41,597 bases of DNA from a virus. Taxonomy: Duplodnaviria > Caudoviricetes. The position numbers and the translations under genes are program-made. The notes under the pieces are model-generated. The model was not told where the DNA came from. It made no database searches and worked only from the letters and a program-made list of their open reading frames with translations. Position 1 is the first letter of the stretch. Every line of letters starts with the position of its first letter. The stretch spans positions 1-41,597 of the IMG/VR virus record IMGVR_UViG_3300037483_001330; one strand, written 5' to 3'. Shown here piece by piece: positions 16,076 to 25,621 of this stretch.

Positions 16076-18399
16076 ACGGCTATTCGGTTCAGTTGTATAA
16101 CCGCGATTTTTCGCAAATTTTGCGCCCGTATACATTGGCGTTCACGGCTGAAAAAGTATCATTTTCAGCTATTGGCGGGCCGCTGGAAGCGACGATCAAA
16201 GCTGCTGGTCCAATCATCGAACTTTGGGAAATGATTGAACGGTTACGCTGCCCAATCGAAGTAATTGCTCCGAATAAATCGATGGTTTGGTGGGGGTTTA
16301 TCGAAGCCGTTACGATTGAAACAAAAAAAATCAGTGTTTCTGTTTCGTTAGAGCAGATGAGTAACAGGGTTTGCGTAACCTATGCCGAGGTCAACGTGGC
16401 CGGCGCGATTGGCGAGCGAAAAACAACGACCTGGTATGAAAATGCTGACAGCATTGCAACTTATGGAACTAAGGAACGGAGGCTTTCAAAATCACAGGCT
16501 ACTCAAAGCGAGGCGGAGAATTATGCACAGACCCAAATTGAACGGTTGAAATATCCCTTAACAAAGCATTCATTTCTAAACACTGATGAAGGTTCTGAAG
16601 GAAACGTGGTTTTGACCTGCTCGGGCTGGTGGAAAACATTAGGCTGGAAATATTACGAATTTTTAGGCGGGAAAGAGAGCTATGAAGAAATTGGCATCGG
16701 ATTGATGGCGATTGGTAAAGGATTGATAGCAGATACGATTTCATTTGAAGCTAATAAAATTACAAACCTATTAAAAAATCCGAGCTTTGAAGGCACCTTT
16801 GCTGCTGATCTGGCGCCTTTTTGGTCCGCGTATTCCACTACAGGCGCGACCGGAACCCGTGCTGAAAGCAGCGATGCAAAGTATGGGGCGAAAAGCCAAA
16901 GGGTGACCAAAACTGATAGCACCAGCGCGGCTTTTGGAATCATGAGCACTGATGTTTATGCAACAGGAGACTATGTCAATACCATTTCTGTCTACTACAA
17001 AGTTTTATCGTATATGGAGGGCGCCAAAATTACAATCAGAGCCTACAGAGCCAGCGGGTATTCGGCGCAGAACGAGCATATCATCGCGCCTCAGGATGTT
17101 GGTGAATGGAAAAAGATAAATGTTTCCTACGCTGATGCTCAATCCAATGAAAATTTGAGTTTCTATTTGTTTGCCAGTGTAAAGCCTGTTGATTTTATTG
17201 TTGACGGTGCAATGATGACAAACGGTTATGATTCCCCGGCTTATTTTGATGGGAGTTTTCCGCTGTGCACCTGGAGTGATGTTGCTAATGAATCATCGTC
17301 TGATAAATATGAGTCCAAAATAACGGATACAACCAAAAATTTGCTTGATTTTTCGGCAGGCGAGGTGGTTTTTGTGTCCGGAAGTACCAGTAACAACCAG
17401 GCGTTTACGATATCGACCACCAGGGACGTGGATGGCGGCGGTTGCTATTTGTCGGTTGAGGAAGCGGCAACGGACGAAACTGCAGGTGGAACGATCACGG
17501 TACAGGTAGCGGTGAAAAGTGCTCAAAGTTTCCAGGTCTCAACAACTGAGGGCTGGTTAGCCGCGTCGATCAGATTACGGATGAAAAGAGACGGGACACC
17601 TGTAGATAATGTGGTTGTATCGTTATTCAGTGATAGTTCCGGTGTGGGAACGTTGCTGGCCAGTGCTTCGTTACCCGGGACTGCAATCAGTGAAAACCTG
17701 AACTGGGTTGAATTTTCACTGGATACGACGGTATTTTTGGAAATTGCTACCAGTTACTGGATTGTGGTTGAACGGGACGGAACCATTGATTCAACTAATT
17801 TTTATAAGATTGATGCCAATGAAGACGTCTCTTACAGCAGTGGTGTGATGAAACTATGGAGCGGTGCGGCCTGGGTGGACCGGACACCGGATGCTGACAT
17901 GCTGTTTCAGGTCGGCGGGGTGGAGGAAGCTACGGCGCAGCTGGAACGGATGCTGATTACTGGTGCGCAATTTTTCAGCGCGGTAGATATTGATATTGAC
18001 AGCGGGGTGTATTCCTCGCCTTACCGGGACGGGGACACGACCGCTTTGCAAAGCGTGGAAGAACTGCTGAATTCAGGAACAACCAATTTCAGACGGATTT
18101 TAGCCAATGTAGATTTTCAGCGGCGGGTAAATTTGTACGAAGAGCCTTTAAGCGGCAGTAAAGATTATTATCTGATGTCCGACGGCAGTTTGCGTGACTG
18201 GATGAAGAGAAAAATCAATAAATGGGAGTACCCGGTGGGAGTGTGGGCACGACTGGCAGACGTCATCCCGGCTTCGGCCGATACCTTAAAAATATCCGAT
18301 CCGAGCAAGGTTTTCATTGAAAAAATAGTTTTCAACATTGAAGAAGATGAAATTTATATGCAGGAACGCGATTATGTCGGATTGTTGGAGGTAGGATAG
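16072..18399 (+). CDS. Baseplate hub/Tal-like protein with inserted carbohydrate-binding modules
   Basis: VWWGFIEAV, NADSIATYGTKER hub motifs; insert NLLKNPSFE...VDGAM...YFDG. Confidence 0.65.
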   Translation: MNGYSVQLYNRDFSQILRPYTLAFTAEKVSFSAIGGPLEATIKAAGPIIELWEMIERLRCPIEVIAPNKSMVWWGFIEAVTIETKKISVSVSLEQMSNRVCVTYAEVNVAGAIGERKTTTWYENADSIATYGTKERRLSKSQATQSEAENYAQTQIERLKYPLTKHSFLNTDEGSEGNVVLTCSGWWKTLGWKYYEFLGGKESYEEIGIGLMAIGKGLIADTISFEANKITNLLKNPSFEGTFAADLAPFWSAYSTTGATGTRAESSDAKYGAKSQRVTKTDSTSAAFGIMSTDVYATGDYVNTISVYYKVLSYMEGAKITIRAYRASGYSAQNEHIIAPQDVGEWKKINVSYADAQSNENLSFYLFASVKPVDFIVDGAMMTNGYDSPAYFDGSFPLCTWSDVANESSSDKYESKITDTTKNLLDFSAGEVVFVSGSTSNNQAFTISTTRDVDGGGCYLSVEEAATDETAGGTITVQVAVKSAQSFQVSTTEGWLAASIRLRMKRDGTPVDNVVVSLFSDSSGVGTLLASASLPGTAISENLNWVEFSLDTTVFLEIATSYWIVVERDGTIDSTNFYKIDANEDVSYSSGVMKLWSGAAWVDRTPDADMLFQVGGVEEATAQLERMLITGAQFFSAVDIDIDSGVYSSPYRDGDTTALQSVEELLNSGTTNFRRILANVDFQRRVNLYEEPLSGSKDYYLMSDGSLRDWMKRKINKWEYPVGVWARLADVIPASADTLKISDPSKVFIEKIVFNIEEDEIYMQERDYVGLLEVG

Positions 18400-18401
18400 T
18401 T

Positions 18402-20528
18402 ATGAGTTTGTTGGAAGAGATACTTCCGAAACTAAAGCCGTACGTTTTGGGCTGGATAACCGATGTGCAGCTCTCCTCAATTGGAAGTCATGATTTGAGC
18501 GGAAAACTGCATGCCGGCACGCTTTTTGACAGCCAGGCTCCACAGTTTTTGAAAACGGACGGGACCAGAGCGCTGATTGGAAACTTACTGGTTGCTGATG
18601 GTGCGATGATTGACGGGGTTGATTTATCTATTCTTGGCAGTGGGTTTGAAACGCACATCGCTAATGAAAATGCACATCACGATGTGGTTACTGTTTTGGA
18701 CACGGCAACCATCGATATGGTGGTTACGGGGCAGCAGGTTTCTGCCAACGTTATTCTTTCTGCCAATTACACCTGGACCGGTTTGCACGTGTTCCAGCAA
18801 AACATGACAGCGCGCTCTATCTTTCCGGAACTAACAGACACGTACGATTTGGGCAGCAGTACACTGTTATGGCGCAAAGGCTGGTTGTCCGAACTGGATA
18901 CGATCATTTTTTCCGAACAGACCATTACGCTTTTAGGCGGCTGGTTGATGATCACGAAGGATCAGGGAGCGTTCGGAACTGATGTTGCCGCAGGAGCTGC
19001 AACTATCGATTTCGGAAAAACGATGACACCCAATGATTTTTTGGTTATTCGTTCTAGCCTCCAATCTGAATATATTCAGATCGGTATTCTGGTTTCAGGA
19101 ACAACATATAACGTTTCTAGGGATCTTGTTGGCAGTGGTGCAAGTCCGCATGATTGGCCGGCAGGTACTCCGTGGGCCTGTTTGGGTCAAAGCGGTAACG
19201 GCAGAATAGAACTAAATGCTTCCGACACTCCACGGATCCAGTTGCTGAAACAGGGCGCTTCTTATAACCTCCAAACCGAAGTGTTACGGATCGGAGACTT
19301 GAACGGATACGGGGATTATGCAACTGTTGAGTACGGTTTAGTGATTGGTGAGTATGGTGCGGCATTACCTAATCTGACATTCGACACCACCAACGGGGTG
19401 CGGTTACGAATCGGAACAACGGATTATATCGTGCTTGATCCTTCCGGTGATGCGCTGATTTCCGGAGTTTTACAAATGCCAGGAACAAACTCGGCTCTGG
19501 CCATAGGTGCGACGCCTCCGGTTTCAGCAGCCTCAGGTACGGGTCTTTGGTTGGATAGAACAGGTTTGTACTCTTTATCAAGCAGTGTGGAACAGGTGCG
19601 TATTGATGCGGTTGATGGGAAACTTTACGCAGGTAGTGGATATACAATCTTAGATAAAGATGGAATGACTCTAATTGCAACTAGTAACGGATTTTTGAGT
19701 ACTCAATCGGTTGGGTGGAAAGATATAGAGGATCATGAGTTTGCAAACATATTTGGTTTTGTTGGAGCGGGTGAAGTCGGAATAATTACGAGAATCCTTG
19801 ACCCCCTAAACATCAAAAACGGGTATTTCGGATTTGAAATTAGTCGGGCAAGTGCTACGCCTTACTCGATACTTAATTTCACTCTTGATCCTTTATTAGG
19901 AAGCAGTTTAATAGCTGGCGGAGCTGCAGATGGAACTCTAATAGTTTCTGGAAGAATTAGCAGTTATCTTTCTCTCGGAATGAAGGCTACGGCGACCGTT
20001 CCTACTTCCGACGGTGTTTATGGTGAACTCTATGTCACAAGTGCTGAGGAGCTCCATTACAAGTCTCCCTCCGGCGTAGATGTTCAATTAGGTAAATCGA
20101 TTGAAGCAGCGAAATACACACAAACCAAAGCACAGTCAATTCCTACCGCAACAGAAACAATACTGGATTTTGATGTACTAGATTTTGATACCAATACATT
20201 GGTAACAACTGGCGCAAGCTGGAAATTTACTGCAAAAAAAGCTGGCATATATTCAGTAGAAATAAGTTTCTTAATTAATAGCATAGCTTGGACTGCTGGA
20301 AACATTGCCAGATTATTTGTTTATAAAAATGGATTCGGCTTTTCTTATTTATCTCGTCATACGACAATTAGCAACGTCACACAATATTTGCACATGTTTG
20401 GCTCTGACAAATTTCAATTGGAAGTAGATGATTATTTGCACATTACACTTTATCACACTAATTCAAGTGCTGTAACATTGTATACAGACCCAAAATACAA
20501 TCACATTTCTATTGCGCGAGTGGCTTAA
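18402..20528 (+). CDS. Tail fibre/receptor-binding protein with C-terminal C1q/TNF-like domain
   Basis: IFPELTDTYDLGSSTLLWR, LRIGDLNG; C-terminal ILDFDVLDFDT...KFTAKKAGIY...QLEVDDYL. Confidence 0.7.
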   Translation: MSLLEEILPKLKPYVLGWITDVQLSSIGSHDLSGKLHAGTLFDSQAPQFLKTDGTRALIGNLLVADGAMIDGVDLSILGSGFETHIANENAHHDVVTVLDTATIDMVVTGQQVSANVILSANYTWTGLHVFQQNMTARSIFPELTDTYDLGSSTLLWRKGWLSELDTIIFSEQTITLLGGWLMITKDQGAFGTDVAAGAATIDFGKTMTPNDFLVIRSSLQSEYIQIGILVSGTTYNVSRDLVGSGASPHDWPAGTPWACLGQSGNGRIELNASDTPRIQLLKQGASYNLQTEVLRIGDLNGYGDYATVEYGLVIGEYGAALPNLTFDTTNGVRLRIGTTDYIVLDPSGDALISGVLQMPGTNSALAIGATPPVSAASGTGLWLDRTGLYSLSSSVEQVRIDAVDGKLYAGSGYTILDKDGMTLIATSNGFLSTQSVGWKDIEDHEFANIFGFVGAGEVGIITRILDPLNIKNGYFGFEISRASATPYSILNFTLDPLLGSSLIAGGAADGTLIVSGRISSYLSLGMKATATVPTSDGVYGELYVTSAEELHYKSPSGVDVQLGKSIEAAKYTQTKAQSIPTATETILDFDVLDFDTNTLVTTGASWKFTAKKAGIYSVEISFLINSIAWTAGNIARLFVYKNGFGFSYLSRHTTISNVTQYLHMFGSDKFQLEVDDYLHITLYHTNSSAVTLYTDPKYNHISIARVA

Positions 20529-20572
20529 GTAATTATGGACGAACAATTTTTCTTTGATGTAATGGAGGTCAC

Positions 20573-20974
20573 ATGAAACTAAATCTTTTCAATCTTTACA
20601 ATGTTGGCACCCAGAATGCGATTCGCGTACTGGGAGAATCGAAAACGGCGGATGTTCCGACTACTCAGACGTGCATTAGATTGTTGAGCGCTTCTAAGGT
20701 ACACGAAGAAGAGTATCAGGCCGTAGTTGGTGTGATCAATGAGCGCTCAGATATCAAAGAGTTGTTGAAACGGTTCGAAGAAGCACTTCCTGAGCAAAAG
20801 AATCAGATCCAGGGATCGATTCAAAAAATTGTGATGGAAGAACTTCAAAAAGCCGAACTGCAACTTACAATAAGTAATTTAACTTTCGATCAACTCTACA
20901 GTGCCGGTTTGAGACCGGCCGATATATACGCTTTAGAGTGGTTGATGGTTGAGAAACAAGAGGAGAAAAACTAA
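20573..20974 (+). CDS. Hypothetical protein, possible fibre assembly chaperone
   Basis: SD GGAGG; helical and charged; follows the fibre gene. Confidence 0.55.
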   Translation: MKLNLFNLYNVGTQNAIRVLGESKTADVPTTQTCIRLLSASKVHEEEYQAVVGVINERSDIKELLKRFEEALPEQKNQIQGSIQKIVMEELQKAELQLTISNLTFDQLYSAGLRPADIYALEWLMVEKQEEKN

Positions 20975-21381
20975 TGGCAATACAACTTTCTGTGGCTGTA
21001 AGAAATGCCCGCCTGGATGCTATTGAGACGGCAATCGGGGCAAGTGCGATTTTAAAAATCAGGACAGGAGCGGCTCCTGCAGATTGTGCAGCAGCTGACT
21101 CGGGTACAGTTTTGGCAACATTGAACTTACCAGCCGATTGGATGGCTGCGGCAGCAGCTGGAGCGAAAGCAAAAACCGGTACGTGGCAGGACGCTGCGGC
21201 CGATGCAGCCGGAACTGCTGCCCATTTCCGATTGTATGCTACTGACGGCACCACATGTCACCTGCAAGGTACCCTGACCATCACGGGTGGTGGCGGAGAC
21301 ATGACTTTAGACAACAACGTGATTGCTGTAGGCCAGGTTGTTACCATCACCGGTTTCACTTTAACCGACAATAACGCGTAA
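20974..21381 (+). CDS. Small virion structural protein (fibre base/minor tail)
   Basis: RNARLDAI...LKIRTGAAP...GTVLATL...GTAAHFRL...VTITGFTLT pattern; TAATG coupling. Confidence 0.65.
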   Translation: MAIQLSVAVRNARLDAIETAIGASAILKIRTGAAPADCAAADSGTVLATLNLPADWMAAAAAGAKAKTGTWQDAAADAAGTAAHFRLYATDGTTCHLQGTLTITGGGGDMTLDNNVIAVGQVVTITGFTLTDNNA

Positions 21382-21394
21382 TTTTTGAAAAATA

Positions 21395-21431
21395 CATTCC
21401 TAACTCAGGCTAAAAACTTGAGTTAGGAATG
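21395..21431. repeat. 15-bp inverted repeat upstream of the repeat-fibre gene
   Basis: CATTCCTAACTCAGG-ctaaaaa-CTTGAGTTAGGAATG. Confidence 0.8.
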
Positions 21432-21447
21432 CTTGAAGAGGTAAAAA

Positions 21448-24174
21448 ATGTCCGTTGCAAACCTAACTTTAGTGACGGGTAACGATCAGGGACAGCAGGC
21501 AGGAGACGCGGGCGCGGTCTCTTTGGGCGCTTCGATCGTTTCGATACGAAATGCTGCTCTGGATGCTACCAGGCGGCATTTAGGTTTGCGATTTGCTGTG
21601 ACAACCATTCCGCAAGGATCGACAATTAACTCCGCATTTCTGAACCTTACCAGCTCGCACGGTTCGGTAGATGATTTGCGCTGTGACGTATACGGGCATG
21701 CAATCGACGCGTCGGACAGTTTCGAGACCAGTTCGGGAGACCCGACAGTTTTTCAACGGGCACGCACGACGGCTACCGTGAACTGGGTGGAGGCCAACTG
21801 TGCGCTTGGAGCTACTCAGTCAATCGGGGTAGCAAGCATTATTCAAGAAATCGTGGATCGAAGCGGTTGGGCCGAAACAGAAATAACCCTTATTTGTATC
21901 GGCAGTCCGGATTTTACCGATAACTACCAGGCGCATGGCATTACAGGAACTACTCCGCCAACGCTCGATATCGACTATACGGCTCCGGCCGGAATAGAAG
22001 GTACACTTTCGGTCACACTGAATTCTTTGTCTTTAGCAAGTGAAGGGGCGGTAGGCATTTTCTCTGAGGGAACACTAGATCAAACATTAGCGTCCCTTTC
22101 TCTTGTGAGTGCCGGTACGGTAGAGACTGTGGGAGGGCCGGCAGTTCCTACAATCACGCCAAACACTGCTGACGCGTACAATTTCGGTATTGATACTACA
22201 CCTACTTTAGAGTTTACAGGTGACGATGCCGATGCTGGAGAAACCCTCAGATACCATTTCCAGAGCAGTGAGTCCAATACATTTCCGACCACGCCGGTTC
22301 TTACCAAACAGAACATTGAAACGGATGTTGGTACAGTACATGCAAACAACGTTTCAGGTGAAGGTACGGAGGATGATAGACCGGGTAATTCGTTTCTGGG
22401 CAGCGGAGGAATGCTTGATTCCATTCATCTGAAATTAGGTATTCAAGGCACGCCTGTTGGAACCTATTATATAAAAATATACGAGATCCAGGGCACGTTT
22501 GGAACAAATGCCGAGCCTCTCAATGCTGCCGAACCTGCCAGTACTCCTACTCCTGGCCATATTGCTATCTCGGACGGTTTTACTGTTCCCGGGGATTTGA
22601 CCACCTCCGGCATAGAAAAGACAATAACCTTTTCCGGTGCGAACAGGATAAGGTTGGAGGCCGGTCACGCTTATTACTTTATCCTGAATTACCTCGGAAC
22701 AGGTGATGCGTCCAATGCTCCGTTCTGTTCTGTAACTACTGCCCACACGTACGAAGGGGACTGCTATAACGATGGGCAATCTGTAGCAAATAATGGATAT
22801 GAAATTGATTGGGAAGTTTGGTTCAAACTGTATGAGGCTCCCTTTCTGTTAGATAAGGTTTCAAATGTCGACGCCGGCTTTCTCAACACTGTGGATTCCG
22901 GTAATCTCGATCCCTTTACTAAGAATCAAAAAATCTCTTTTACAGTTCAGGCCGCAGATGTTTTAGAAACCAATACTTATTATTGGCGAGCACGGGTAAT
23001 AGATCCCTTTGGTTCCAATACCTATTCGGATTGGACAACGGTCAGGTCGTTCATTATTTCTACCGATGCTTCCGGAGTTCTTTCCGTAACTCTTGCTTCG
23101 ATCTCTCTTTCGTCTGCGGGTGTTGTAGATGTAAACGGAGCATTAGAAAAGGCATTAGATGTTTTGACCGGAAGCGGTCAGGGGATTGTTGATGTACAGG
23201 GATCCTTAACAAAAACTCTCTCAGTGCTGACTGTCTCCTCTCAAGGGATTATCGACATAGAAGGGATTTTGTCAAAGAGTTTAGAAATACTGACCCTGGA
23301 TGCTTCGGCCACTGTAGGAAGCATCCCGCTTGAAGGCGTGCTATCTGCAACTTTGGAGCTGCTTACTCTTGCCAGTCAGAGCAGTGTTGAAGTTCAGGGA
23401 TTGCTTGGAAAGACGTTGGCACAACTGGCTATCGATTCCCAAGCGGGGGTAGAGGTCCAGGGTACACTTTCCGAACTCCTGGACCAGCTTTCACAAGTCG
23501 CGACTGGATCGGTTAATGTCGATGGTATAGCCAGCAACACTTTGGAAACACTAACCATATCTTCGGAAGGTGCCGTTGAAGTAGAAGGGACAGCAAGCCC
23601 TGCGTTGGAAGCTTTAACATTGGTGGCGATAGGTTCTGTGGGAACGATAGTAACAGAAGGTGAGGTGATCCAAACTCTAGCCGCGCTAACGGCAATTGTT
23701 ATCGGTACAGTACCGGTTCAAGCCCTCCTGTCAAAAACACTTGAAGCCATAACTCTCGTTTCTGTCGGTGCTGTACCGATCACAGCTTCTTTAGCTGAAA
23801 GTTTTGAAGCACTAACCCTTGTGTCTGTTGGAACCTCTCCAATTGTAGGAGATTCGGATAAAACACTCGCAGTACTTACGATGACAGGCTCTGGCACTGT
23901 AGGAACAATAGTTTCTGAAGGTGTGCTAAACCAAAACCTGGAATCATTAACTATTGTCGCTTCAGGAAATGTACCCGTGTCTGGCCAATTGATATGGTTG
24001 CTGAGCACACTGACCCTGGTAGCTCAGATACGATCCGGACAGACCGCGGCGATAAACCTTACTTTGCAAACCCGTGCCGGTTTGGGTCCGTTATCAGCAG
24101 ACAAAAATGAGGTTGCAATGGATGTGCGGCATAAAAACATTGTGTTGAATCCACGAAATGGAGCATTAAAATGA
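21448..24174 (+). CDS. Large fibre-like virion protein with 21/24-aa repeats and adhesin-like domains
   Basis: N-terminal DNRLRE-like domain (LRF..IPQGSTINSAFL...PPTLDIDY); FN3-like TYYWRARV...YSDWT; about 17 GxLxxTLxxLTL repeats. Confidence 0.7.
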   Translation: MSVANLTLVTGNDQGQQAGDAGAVSLGASIVSIRNAALDATRRHLGLRFAVTTIPQGSTINSAFLNLTSSHGSVDDLRCDVYGHAIDASDSFETSSGDPTVFQRARTTATVNWVEANCALGATQSIGVASIIQEIVDRSGWAETEITLICIGSPDFTDNYQAHGITGTTPPTLDIDYTAPAGIEGTLSVTLNSLSLASEGAVGIFSEGTLDQTLASLSLVSAGTVETVGGPAVPTITPNTADAYNFGIDTTPTLEFTGDDADAGETLRYHFQSSESNTFPTTPVLTKQNIETDVGTVHANNVSGEGTEDDRPGNSFLGSGGMLDSIHLKLGIQGTPVGTYYIKIYEIQGTFGTNAEPLNAAEPASTPTPGHIAISDGFTVPGDLTTSGIEKTITFSGANRIRLEAGHAYYFILNYLGTGDASNAPFCSVTTAHTYEGDCYNDGQSVANNGYEIDWEVWFKLYEAPFLLDKVSNVDAGFLNTVDSGNLDPFTKNQKISFTVQAADVLETNTYYWRARVIDPFGSNTYSDWTTVRSFIISTDASGVLSVTLASISLSSAGVVDVNGALEKALDVLTGSGQGIVDVQGSLTKTLSVLTVSSQGIIDIEGILSKSLEILTLDASATVGSIPLEGVLSATLELLTLASQSSVEVQGLLGKTLAQLAIDSQAGVEVQGTLSELLDQLSQVATGSVNVDGIASNTLETLTISSEGAVEVEGTASPALEALTLVAIGSVGTIVTEGEVIQTLAALTAIVIGTVPVQALLSKTLEAITLVSVGAVPITASLAESFEALTLVSVGTSPIVGDSDKTLAVLTMTGSGTVGTIVSEGVLNQNLESLTIVASGNVPVSGQLIWLLSTLTLVAQIRSGQTAAINLTLQTRAGLGPLSADKNEVAMDVRHKNIVLNPRNGALK

Positions 24175-24470
24175 GCAGAAAAATAGGCGATTTTTTTCAA
24201 GGTGTTGATGAAAGGATTGTTTATTCGGTAACGACCACGGCATGGGGCAGCAATCCGACCAGTGTTGTTGTGACGGCTTATGCTTACAACGGTACCTATA
24301 CGGATGTGAGCGATACCGTGCTGGTAGGAAGCCCTCTTGTGGAGGGGGACGTGATCACATTACCGGAATTATCCGGATTAACGCTGGATATGATTTATCG
24401 CATCGAGGTCAAATTTACGAGCGAGGGAAATGTGTTTGAGCCGTGGTTCCAGGTGACTGCGGAGCGGTAA
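24171..24470 (+). CDS. Small Ig-like fibre adaptor protein
   Basis: 99 aa, all-beta pattern (YRIEVKFT); ATGA-coupled to the fibre gene; last gene of the + arm. Confidence 0.55.
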   Translation: MSRKIGDFFQGVDERIVYSVTTTAWGSNPTSVVVTAYAYNGTYTDVSDTVLVGSPLVEGDVITLPELSGLTLDMIYRIEVKFTSEGNVFEPWFQVTAER

Positions 24471-24471
24471 T

Positions 24472-24500
24472 AAAAAATCCGGCATGATTTACATGCCGGA
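24472..24500 (-). terminator. Intrinsic terminator of the toxin-antitoxin operon, at the convergence of the two arms
   Basis: TCCGGCATG-5 nt-CATGCCGGA with TTTTTT following on the minus strand. Confidence 0.8.
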
Positions 24501-24567
24501 AGTGTCGGATAGAGGGGGACTACCCGTACAAATAAATTATAGTTGATTTTTGAAGAGCAAGCTTTTT

Positions 24568-24999
24568 TTATGGGATTGTTGTTTTGTCAATTTCTGAATA
24601 CAGTTGGTTTTCATTGTAGAAAGATTTGCATTCTTCCGGGGTTCTGCGTGAGCGTAAAAGCCCTTGCTGTACCCTGTATAAAACTTGTTGGCTGACAGTA
24701 CCTTTTTGTGATGCTTCTTTGGTTTGCAAGAAGTTTTCTATATCGGTTTCAAGGATTAATAACGATTTTTTATAAAAAACAAATGATTCATGTTTGATGA
24801 ACTTGGGGATGTCCTGCTGTTTTAGGATGACTGTTTCATCACGTAAGCGGCTTTGCGTGCCATTCATGGTGCAGACCGGAACACAAAGAATAAAACCAGT
24901 GGATGGATCACGGTTTGTGATAATAATATGAAGGTGTCTTTTTTCACCGGATGGAAATGGCAATATGAAACAATCCCCTGGTGCTGTAGTGAATGCCAT
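24568..24999 (-). CDS. PemK/MazF-like toxin (putative PanT)
   Basis: PGDCFIL...HLHIIIT...ILCVPVCT...FIKHESFV matches the PemK-fold strand pattern; directly downstream of the Panacea gene. Confidence 0.6.
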   Translation of the reverse strand: MAFTTAPGDCFILPFPSGEKRHLHIIITNRDPSTGFILCVPVCTMNGTQSRLRDETVILKQQDIPKFIKHESFVFYKKSLLILETDIENFLQTKEASQKGTVSQQVLYRVQQGLLRSRRTPEECKSFYNENQLYSEIDKTTIP

Positions 25000-25008
25000 T
25001 GATTAGAA

Positions 25009-25542
25009 TTAAACCCCTGCCCACTCATTCATGGTGAGGAGGATTTCTTTTTGTTCCTCCGGCGGAATACCAACTGCGGTCATGATTTCTTCGTACTGGA
25101 CAGGGATGCTTCTTTTCTCGGTCTTGTGATATTCCGGCAATCTGTGCGTAAAATCTACCAGACGCCATTGGTTCCAACTGCCAAATTTTTGATAAATTTC
25201 TTCCAGAATATCAAGTTCTTCGGCGCATAACGCACCGATGCCAGGATCAGCAATCATTTTAACAAAGTGTATGCTTGACTTGATTATGAAATTATTCCAA
25301 AAATCACCAAAAATGCTTTCTCCCTTGATTACATTGTATGTTTTGCTAAGGAGGAGACCGTTTTTCATAGAGCAGTAGGAATCATAAGTGATTGGTTCAC
25401 CGGCTTGCCGAAAGGCTTCCCGATCAGCCAGGTACATCAATTTTAATAATTTCAGATAATTTATTGGTTTGTTGTTGTTTTTATTGATAAAAAAACAAGC
25501 CACCTGGGTAGCTTTGCGCTCATCATACCTGGCGTTTACCAT
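25009..25542 (-). CDS. Panacea-domain (DUF4065/SocA-like) antitoxin
   Basis: KLLKLMYLADRE...GEPITYDSY..MKNG, ELDILEEIYQKFG...LVDFTH.LPEY. Confidence 0.85.
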   Translation of the reverse strand: MVNARYDERKATQVACFFINKNNNKPINYLKLLKLMYLADREAFRQAGEPITYDSYCSMKNGLLLSKTYNVIKGESIFGDFWNNFIIKSSIHFVKMIADPGIGALCAEELDILEEIYQKFGSWNQWRLVDFTHRLPEYHKTEKRSIPVQYEEIMTAVGIPPEEQKEILLTMNEWAGV

Positions 25543-25621
25543 AGTATTCCCCTGTTCTCCTGATTTTCCGACTAGTGGAGGAGTGCATACACCGTGTTCA
25601 CAACGTTCACACTATAAGCTC

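Noticed and set aside
23074-24030. CRISPR array or DNA tandem repeat
   Set aside because: The periodicity is at the protein level only; the nucleotide copies are highly diverged and in frame.
18402-24174. Diversity-generating retroelement or invertible tail-fibre cassette
   Set aside because: No reverse transcriptase, invertase or duplicated template/variable repeat was seen in the window.
24470-24570. attP site or integration module
   Set aside because: No integrase is nearby and no att-like repeats are recognisable.
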